DNA of 32,000 nucleotides, taken from positions 1-32,000 of the forward strand of contig JAUWKS010000007.1 in the NCBI GenBank assembly GCA_030614005.1, read 5' to 3'. This DNA is from Candidatus Heimdallarchaeota archaeon. GTDB lineage: Archaea; Asgardarchaeota; Heimdallarchaeia; JABLTI01. A program made the position numbers and the translations under genes. Positions 1 through 6,547 of this stretch are shown here, piece by piece. How positions within the stretch are numbered: the first letter of the stretch is position 1; each line of letters opens with the position of its first letter. The notes under the pieces are model-generated. The model did no database searches and was not told where the DNA came from. It saw only the letters and a program-made list of their open reading frames with translations.

Positions 1-766
1 CTTTATTCTTTTTAGCAACGTTCTTACAAATAGCGCTAATCAAATTCTCCATGAGTTGAAGGAGCTCCTCAAAATCCATCCAAGTTGCTTCAACTTCTGC
101 ATGCCAAAATTCTGTGACGTGCCTGGCAGATTTCGATTTTTCTGCTCGGAAAGACGGAGCAATGGTATATGCTTTTTCCACGGAATAAATGAAATTCTCT
201 GCGTATAATTGCCAGCTTTGACTCAAAAATACCGTTTTGTCAAAATATTCAACCTCGAATAATGTAGACCCACCTTCTGAACCGGCAGTAGTAAAGATTG
301 GAGGTTGTACCTCGGTATAATCATTTTTTCGAAAATAATTATGAATCGCTTCAAAAACTGAAGATCGAATCTTAAGCATTGAAGTTAATCTTTGTGAACG
401 AAGAGCAAGATGACGAACATCCAATAGTAGCTCTTGGCTCTGATCTTTTGAAATGGGGAATTTTTCTGCTTTTCCAACAATTTCAATTTCAGATGCTTTA
501 ATCTCAAATCCACCTGGTGCACGAGAATCCTCAGCAAGAAGTCCAGTGATGTAAAGTGCCGACTCGTATCCAATTGAATCAGCGATAGCATACGCCTCGG
601 GATTATTCTCTTTATTAACTGAAACTTGAATGCGACCTGTAGAGTCACGGATAGTTAAGAAAGCAATCTTTTTGCTGCTTCTCTTTCGAGCAACCCAACC
701 TCTAAGGTGGATAGCTTCGCCGGCTTGTTTTCCAGTTAATAAATCAATAATAGGTATGTATGTCAT
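1..766 (-). CDS. asnS: Asparagine--tRNA ligase (partial, runs off the left edge)
   Basis: Not in the ORF track. Translated by hand from ATG at 766: MTYIPIIDLLTGKQAGEAIHLRGWVARKRSSKKIAFLTIRDSTGRIQV (OB anticodon domain), then EGGSTLFEVEYF, LSQSWQLYAE and FRAEKSKSARHVTEFW (class IIb motif 2). Confidence 0.9.
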   Translation of the reverse strand, partial: MTYIPIIDLLTGKQAGEAIHLRGWVARKRSSKKIAFLTIRDSTGRIQVSVNKENNPEAYAIADSIGYESALYITGLLAEDSRAPGGFEIKASEIEIVGKAEKFPISKDQSQELLLDVRHLALRSQRLTSMLKIRSSVFEAIHNYFRKNDYTEVQPPIFTTAGSEGGSTLFEVEYFDKTVFLSQSWQLYAENFIYSVEKAYTIAPSFRAEKSKSARHVTEFWHAEVEATWMDFEELLQLMENLISAICKNVAKKNK

Positions 767-884
767 AAAATATACCACCAGTATTTGATGGAAGAATTAA
801 TTACCTTCTTAAAATTTTCCCAAGTAGTGAGAAGGCATTCATTGTAGCTAGCTATAACTAAAATGATTAATTATCAAGCTGTTT

Positions 885-1196
885 TTATTGAACATTTTTC
901 ATTCGTCTAAGACAAAAATCGCGTAAAATGACCATCTCTCCGAAAATTGCTATTTGATCGACGTGTGGTTGCTCACCGTTTGTTTCTTGTGCCAAAATTT
1001 CTCGTGCTTTATCTGCTAATACTTGATATCGTTTGACAAAGAGTGCTATATTATCACCATTATTTTGCTTAGTTATTTTTTCGAAATCAATATCTACCTT
1101 CTGAAATGCTTTCGCTAATGTTTGATACGAAACTGCTTGAGTGACTTCAAGTAAGAAGTCTGTTATTACTTGTTGCTTTTCAGATTTCATTGTCAT
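885..1196 (-). CDS. Small hypothetical helical protein
   Basis: 103-aa ORF with protein-like composition. GAGGTAAGAG lies upstream. No motif recognised. Confidence 0.6.
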   Translation of the reverse strand: MTMKSEKQQVITDFLLEVTQAVSYQTLAKAFQKVDIDFEKITKQNNGDNIALFVKRYQVLADKAREILAQETNGEQPHVDQIAIFGEMVILRDFCLRRMKNVQ

Positions 1197-1240
1197 TGTT
1201 TCTCACTCTTACCTCAGCAGGTTTTCTTTTAAAAGGTCTA

Positions 1241-1336
1241 AATGTAATTAGATGGAAGCAAGTTTGCCCATCGAAAAAATGGGCTTTTGAACATGCTCCC
1301 TTACTAGCAAAGTTTCTGTGATTCTCCTGTTACATT
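1241..1336 (-). ncRNA. Candidate structured non-coding RNA or leader
   Basis: Nested stems on the minus strand: AATGTAA/TTACATT, GGGAGCA/TGCTTCC and GCCCAT/ATGGGC. A BRE-TATA-like element lies just upstream. Confidence 0.35.
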
Positions 1337-1353
1337 ATTTTACATACAATGAC

Positions 1354-1369
1354 ATATAAAAACATTTTC
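1354..1369 (-). promoter_or_regulatory. BRE-TATA-like archaeal promoter
   Basis: Minus strand reads GAAAATGTTTTTATAT, placing a start site near 1330-1336. Confidence 0.4.
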
Positions 1370-1395
1370 AAACTGGAGATAATTAGCGAAAAAAA

Positions 1396-2037
1396 TTATT
1401 TTTTCTTACAGAGAACACCGATATCTTCGACATCTGCAGTCCAGTGTTCATTTATTTGTAAATTCGTTTGCATAATAAGTTCTGAAAGTTTATCTCGAGA
1501 CCATGTTTTTCGTAAGATAGAGATTACGATTAAAGTATCTTTGGTGGATATGCGAATCATTTCGTGTAATGTTTGTTCAGGTTTGGGTAGATTTTGTAAG
1601 TGTGTGATAGAAAAGACTTGCGAGAAAGTTAAATCTCGAATTGGTAATGCATCGGAATCTGCAACAATAAAATCGATAGTGGGATATTTTTCATGAGCAA
1701 TTTTAATCATTTCAAGAGAAAGATCTATGCCAACAAATTTCGTCCCATTGGTTTCTGTTTCAGAGATGATGTTAAGAAAAGTACCCGTACCGCAACCAAC
1801 ATCGAGAATGGCTTTGCTTTCTCTAATATCCACTCGGGAGAAAATTTCTCGATATTTTTTATCTTGGATAAAATTGTAACGATTATCATATATTTCTGCT
1901 GAAGAATCATATCTTCTAGCAATTTCTTTCTTGTTTACCAAATGTTGTTCCCGAGCCTTTAATAATAGAATATAATTTTTTTTCAAAAGTTTTGGATGAA
2001 AAAAATGGAAAGGAAATTTAACAGTCCATTTTCTCAC
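1396..2037 (-). CDS. Class I SAM-dependent methyltransferase
   Basis: ILDVGCGTG motif I, VGIDLS motif II, ADSDALP. The true start may be the downstream TTG (LVNKKEIARRY), because the first ~30 codons look atypical. Confidence 0.85.
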   Translation of the reverse strand: MRKWTVKFPFHFFHPKLLKKNYILLLKAREQHLVNKKEIARRYDSSAEIYDNRYNFIQDKKYREIFSRVDIRESKAILDVGCGTGTFLNIISETETNGTKFVGIDLSLEMIKIAHEKYPTIDFIVADSDALPIRDLTFSQVFSITHLQNLPKPEQTLHEMIRISTKDTLIVISILRKTWSRDKLSELIMQTNLQINEHWTADVEDIGVLCKKK

Positions 2038-2041
2038 TTTA

Positions 2042-2767
2042 CTAATTTTTTTCTGTAAGGATTATTCGTGCATCAACTGTTAAAAGATTATCATTATAAG
2101 CAAATATTGGATTGAGATCAATTTCTAAAATATCATCAATAAAGTCTACACTTAATTTGGAAATTTTAAGTAAGACATCGATTACCTGGTTCAAATCTAC
2201 ATTGGGTCCTCCACGAAAACCTTGTAACATCGGTAGAGCTTTAATTTCGTGAATCATTTGTTTAGCATCTCTTTCTGTTATAGGAGCAATTCTAAAAGAA
2301 ACATCTTTTAGTAATTCAACAAATATGCCTCCTAAACCAAACATTATTGCTGGACCAAAGGTAGGGTCTCGAGTAACTCCAACAATGATTTCTGTAGAGG
2401 GTTTAACCATTTTTTCGATTAACACACCGCGAATTTCGGCATCTTTTTTGTATTGTTTTGCATTTGCAACAATTTCATTAAATGCTTCTTCAGCTTCTTT
2501 TTCGGAATGAATATTTAGTTTTACTCCTCCAGCATCAGTTTTGTGAATAATATGTGGGGAAAGAATCTTCATAACAATAGGAAAACCAATTTTCTTGGCC
2601 ACTTCTTTTGCTTCTCCAGCATTTGCTGCGACATGGAAATCTGTAGTTGCTATTCCTACTTCTTTAATAAGAGCTTTAGATTCGGGTTCGAGTAAGAAAA
2701 GTCTATTTTCTTTCCTAGCAGTTGCAATTATTTCCTGTATTTTTTTTGACAAAATTACACAATCCAA
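2042..2767 (-). CDS. acdB: Acetate--CoA ligase (ADP-forming), beta (ATP-grasp) subunit
   Basis: LLEPESK, GFPIVMKILSPHIIHKTDAGGVKL, DPTFGPAIMFGLGGIFVE, EIDLNP. Confidence 0.9.
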   Translation of the reverse strand: MDCVILSKKIQEIIATARKENRLFLLEPESKALIKEVGIATTDFHVAANAGEAKEVAKKIGFPIVMKILSPHIIHKTDAGGVKLNIHSEKEAEEAFNEIVANAKQYKKDAEIRGVLIEKMVKPSTEIIVGVTRDPTFGPAIMFGLGGIFVELLKDVSFRIAPITERDAKQMIHEIKALPMLQGFRGGPNVDLNQVIDVLLKISKLSVDFIDDILEIDLNPIFAYNDNLLTVDARIILTEKN

Positions 2768-2914
2768 TTATTTTATAATCACCGAAGCACGTTCCTTTTT
2801 TAAAAATTTGGTAAACCTCCTTTTTGTGACGTTATTCTTTTAGAGCAAATTGACCACAAATATAAAAAACAAACACAATGCATTACGAAACGCTTTATCG
2901 TGGAGTATTTCCTT

Positions 2915-4990
2915 ATGAAAAACCAAATCAAAGAGCACCCAATTCTTCAACCGAAAAAAGAGAAGAAAGTCAAGTTCACCTTTGATGATCAAGAATTAGA
3001 AGGTTTTGTAGGAATGGCTGTTTCATCAGCACTCTTTCTAAATGATATCAAAATCTTTGGTCGACATTATATTGATAACAGCCCTCAGGGAATTTTTTGT
3101 GCAAATGGACAATGCGCTCAATGCACACTAATTATTGATGGTATACCAAAGAAATCTTGTATGACACCCTTAGAAGGCGGGATGACAATCACAAGTTGTG
3201 AAGGTGTACCAACATTACCAACAAGCAATCAAGCAGTAAAAGTTTCTGATATCAAACAACAAGAAATAGATGTACTGATCATTGGAGGAGGACCTGCTGG
3301 ATTGTCTGCAGCAAAAATATTGGGTGAAAAAGGTGTGAAAGTATTACTGGTTGATGATAAGGATAGATTGGGTGGCAAATTAGTTTTACAAACACACAAG
3401 TTTTTCGGTTCATCAGAAGATGTGTATGCAGGAACAAGAGGAATTGAAATTGCAGATATTCTGAGTGAATCTATAAATTCTCTCGACAGTGTTGAGATTT
3501 GGTTGGAAAGCACTGCATTAGCAGTTTACAGTGATAAATTAATTGGTATTTTACGAGCAAATCAAGAATATATTCTGATTAAAACTAATCATCTGTTAGT
3601 TGCTACTGGTGCTAGAGAGAAGATGCTCACTTTTCAAGGAAATACATTGCCAGGTGTATATGGAGCTGGCGCATTTCAAACATTGGTTAATCGTGATTTA
3701 GTAAAAGCTTCTAATAGAATTTTCATCATTGGAGGGGGAAATGTAGGTTTAATTGCGGGATATCATGCTATACAAGCAGGAATCGAAGTTGTTGGTCTTG
3801 TAGAAGCATTACCTTATTGTGGTGGATACAAAGTTCATGAAGATAAACTTCACCGATCAGGTGTTCCTATTTACACATCACATACGATACTCTCAGCAAA
3901 TGGAGATGAAAAAGTTGAATCAGTAACAATTGCAGAATTAGACAAGGAATGGCATCCAAAAACCGGAACAGAAAAAACATACGAATGTGATACTGTTCTT
4001 ATCGCCGTAGGTTTAACTCCTGTTGATGAATGTTTTCAGAAAGCAAAACATTACGGACTAGATGTTTGGACTGCTGGCGATGCGGCTGAAATTGCCGAAG
4101 CATCTGCAGCAATATTTACTGGAAGAATTGCCGGAGTGAAGATACTCGAGTCAATGGGGATTGATACAGGTGAAAATATCGCTGAATTGGAGGAAAAAGC
4201 AACAATAATGAAAAGTCGACCTGCACTACCAAAAGATATTTCGGTTCCTGAAAAAGAAGAAGGCGTATTCCCCATTTTCCATTGTTATCAAGAAATTCCC
4301 TGTGATCCGTGCACTACTGTTTGCCCACACGATCAGATCAAGCTAAATAGTGGATCTATTGTTGCAATTCCATATTTTGTTGGTGATCATGAATGTACAG
4401 GTTGTGGGAAATGTGTTGCAGTTTGTCCAGGATTAGCTATTACATTAGTTGATTACCGTAAAGATAAAGAAAATCCCCTTGTCACACTTCCTATAGAGCT
4501 AGGGAAAAAATCAGTTCAAAAAGGAGACAAAGTATTAGTTATGAGTAACACTGGCGATTTGGGTGAATATGAAGTTCATCGAGTCAGGATTCTCAAAGAT
4601 TATCCAAGAACTGAATTAGTATCAGTTCATTTACCGAAAGATATAGCTAAATATGCAACCGGAATTCGTGTTCAAAGAATTGAAGTGACAGAGCCAATGG
4701 AAATTTATCATAAACCACCATTAGCAGATGAAGCGATTGTTTGTCGGTGTGAACGAGTAACAGCCGGACAAGTTCGGAAGTGGATTAAAAAAGGAGTCAC
4801 AGATATTAACGAGCTGAAAGCGATAACTCGAGCAGGAATGGGAGCTTGCGGAGGCAAAACATGCACTCTACTAATAAATCGTTTATTTAGAGAGGAAGGA
4901 ATTAAAGATATCACTCCAGGAACACCACGCCCATTATTTGTTGAGGTTCCACTAGGAATTTTTGCCCAGACAAAGGAGATGAAAAAATAG
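2915..4990 (+). CDS. Fused FAD/Fe-S oxidoreductase (proline dehydrogenase or sarcosine oxidase alpha-like) with [2Fe-2S], 2x[4Fe-4S] and BFD-like domains
   Basis: CANGQCAQC...C; IIGGGPAGL; ATGARE; CYQEIPCDPCTTVCP and CTGCGKCVAVCP; CRCE...AGMGACGGKTC. ATG 2915 preferred over GTG 2900. Confidence 0.85.
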   Translation: MKNQIKEHPILQPKKEKKVKFTFDDQELEGFVGMAVSSALFLNDIKIFGRHYIDNSPQGIFCANGQCAQCTLIIDGIPKKSCMTPLEGGMTITSCEGVPTLPTSNQAVKVSDIKQQEIDVLIIGGGPAGLSAAKILGEKGVKVLLVDDKDRLGGKLVLQTHKFFGSSEDVYAGTRGIEIADILSESINSLDSVEIWLESTALAVYSDKLIGILRANQEYILIKTNHLLVATGAREKMLTFQGNTLPGVYGAGAFQTLVNRDLVKASNRIFIIGGGNVGLIAGYHAIQAGIEVVGLVEALPYCGGYKVHEDKLHRSGVPIYTSHTILSANGDEKVESVTIAELDKEWHPKTGTEKTYECDTVLIAVGLTPVDECFQKAKHYGLDVWTAGDAAEIAEASAAIFTGRIAGVKILESMGIDTGENIAELEEKATIMKSRPALPKDISVPEKEEGVFPIFHCYQEIPCDPCTTVCPHDQIKLNSGSIVAIPYFVGDHECTGCGKCVAVCPGLAITLVDYRKDKENPLVTLPIELGKKSVQKGDKVLVMSNTGDLGEYEVHRVRILKDYPRTELVSVHLPKDIAKYATGIRVQRIEVTEPMEIYHKPPLADEAIVCRCERVTAGQVRKWIKKGVTDINELKAITRAGMGACGGKTCTLLINRLFREEGIKDITPGTPRPLFVEVPLGIFAQTKEMKK

Positions 4991-6156
4991 TGGTACACTA
5001 CGATGTTATCATCATTGGAGCAGGAAGTGCAGGTGTTCCAGCAACAAGAGAAATAGCAAAAAGTGGTCTAAGCGTTCTTTGTATTGATAGTAAGCCTTCC
5101 CCAGGCCAAGGTGACAATAAACATGCAATTGGTGGTTTAAGAGCTACACATAGTCAAAAATCGAAAATCAAAGTTTGTTTAAGGTCGCTGGAAATTCTTA
5201 GCACGTGGAAGGAAAAGCACGACGAAAATATCGATTGGGTTCAAGGAGGATATCTTTTTGTTGCCTACAGAGAGCAAGAGAAGAAGATCTTTCAAGAAAC
5301 AGTTGCCTTTCAGAAGAAACAAGGATTGGATATTTCTTGGAAAGAAGCAGATGAAGTAAAAGCTCTAGTTCCAGGAATCAATGAGGAGGATCTTCTAGGG
5401 GGAACATATTCACCAAAGGATGGTAATGCAAGTTCTCTACTAACCAACCACGTGTTCTACACCAGTGCATTAGAATATGGAGCAGACTTTCGATTCAAGG
5501 AACCAGTTAAAGATCTAATAATTAGTCGTGGAGAAGTGCAAAGCGTAACTACGACAAAAGGAACTTATAGCGCTGATTTTGTAATAAATGCTGCTGGAGC
5601 ACACGCACAATACATTGCTAATATGGCTGGGTTAATTGTTCCTGTGATACCTGATATGCACGAAGCCGGAATCACAGAGCCTGTAAAACGGTTCTTTTCT
5701 CCAATGATCGTAGATATTCGTCCAAAAGTTAACAAAGCATTTGGCAATTCAAAGAATTATTATTTTTATCAAAATCATTTAGGGCAGATAATATTCTGTA
5801 TTACTCCTGATCCACCGATGTACGGTTTGAGTACAGAAGAAACCAGTATGTTTCTTCCACAAGTAGCTCAACGAATGGTAAACTTACTTCCAAGATTAAC
5901 TAATCTTAAAGTGCGACGAACCTGGAGAGGACGATATCCAAGCACTCCAGATGCAAGTCCAATAGTTGGTCCAGTAAATGGATTAGAGGGATACTTTAAT
6001 CTAGTAGGATTGGGTGGACAAGGATTGATGTTGGGACCAGGATTAGGGGAATTAACTGCAAGATTTGTTAACAATAAACTAACTAGAGAAGATGAAGAAG
6101 TTCTTGAAGAATTTTCCCTATATAGAGAATTTAGCAAAGAAGAACTTTTGAAATAG
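4990..6156 (+). CDS. DAO-family FAD-dependent oxidoreductase (proline dehydrogenase or sarcosine oxidase beta-like)
   Basis: IIGAGSAG, VINAAGAHA, RRTWRG...TPDASPIVG, GLGGQGLMLGP. The start overlaps the upstream stop by 1 nt. Confidence 0.88.
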   Translation: MVHYDVIIIGAGSAGVPATREIAKSGLSVLCIDSKPSPGQGDNKHAIGGLRATHSQKSKIKVCLRSLEILSTWKEKHDENIDWVQGGYLFVAYREQEKKIFQETVAFQKKQGLDISWKEADEVKALVPGINEEDLLGGTYSPKDGNASSLLTNHVFYTSALEYGADFRFKEPVKDLIISRGEVQSVTTTKGTYSADFVINAAGAHAQYIANMAGLIVPVIPDMHEAGITEPVKRFFSPMIVDIRPKVNKAFGNSKNYYFYQNHLGQIIFCITPDPPMYGLSTEETSMFLPQVAQRMVNLLPRLTNLKVRRTWRGRYPSTPDASPIVGPVNGLEGYFNLVGLGGQGLMLGPGLGELTARFVNNKLTREDEEVLEEFSLYREFSKEELLK

Positions 6157-6278
6157 TAAAGTTCTCTCAAATGCTTATCGTACGATCTATTTGGGAGGAC
6201 AATTTAACTCTTAAACAAGCAAAGGAAAAATTTTCGCTCCAAAACAATCTTTCGTATGATTTTTTTTCGAATCGCTTC

Positions 6279-6322
6279 TTATTATATATCAATATTCAGA
6301 ATTATTTGTTGATATATAATAA
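6279..6322. promoter_or_regulatory. 14-bp perfect inverted repeat with TATA-like arms
   Basis: TTATTATATATCAA (6279-6292), 16-nt spacer, TTGATATATAATAA (6309-6322). Confidence 0.55.
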
Positions 6323-6339
6323 TGGAGACACACAAAAAA

Positions 6340-6492
6340 ATGAAAAAAATAAATCCCCGAATTATTTCAATTGCTATGATTTTGTTATCACTACTCTTTG
6401 CTGGCGGATTCGCTGCTAAAGAAATAATTTCTCCAAGTGGTGGTGGAACCACTGGAGCAATTGGCGAGGAAATCAACCCCAACGGTGGATGA
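6340..6492 (+). CDS. Small secreted or membrane-anchored peptide (50 aa)
   Basis: MKKINPRIISIAMILLSLLFAGGFAAKEIISPSGGGTTGAIGEEINPNGG*. Basic n-region, hydrophobic h-region, small-residue c-region. GGAGA at 6324-6328; alternative in-frame ATG at 6322. Shorter than any ORF in the track. Confidence 0.7.
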   Translation: MKKINPRIISIAMILLSLLFAGGFAAKEIISPSGGGTTGAIGEEINPNGG

Positions 6493-6547
6493 AAGATCTC
6501 ACCAATCTTTTCAATATTTTATACTTTTATCGTCAAAAAAGATTTTT

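Noticed and set aside
385-648. 87-aa minus-strand ORF in the track
   Set aside because: Out-of-frame shadow inside asnS.
1234-1269. GGTCTAA...TAGATGG...TTTGCC resembling the second hairpin of a c-di-GMP-I riboswitch
   Set aside because: The required upstream GCAAACC-GNRA-GGGACGCAAAG part is absent on that strand.
6171-6482. Track ORFs 6171..6419 (+) and 6282..6482 (-)
   Set aside because: Low-complexity AT-rich translations overlapping the better supported 50-aa peptide ORF and its promoter.
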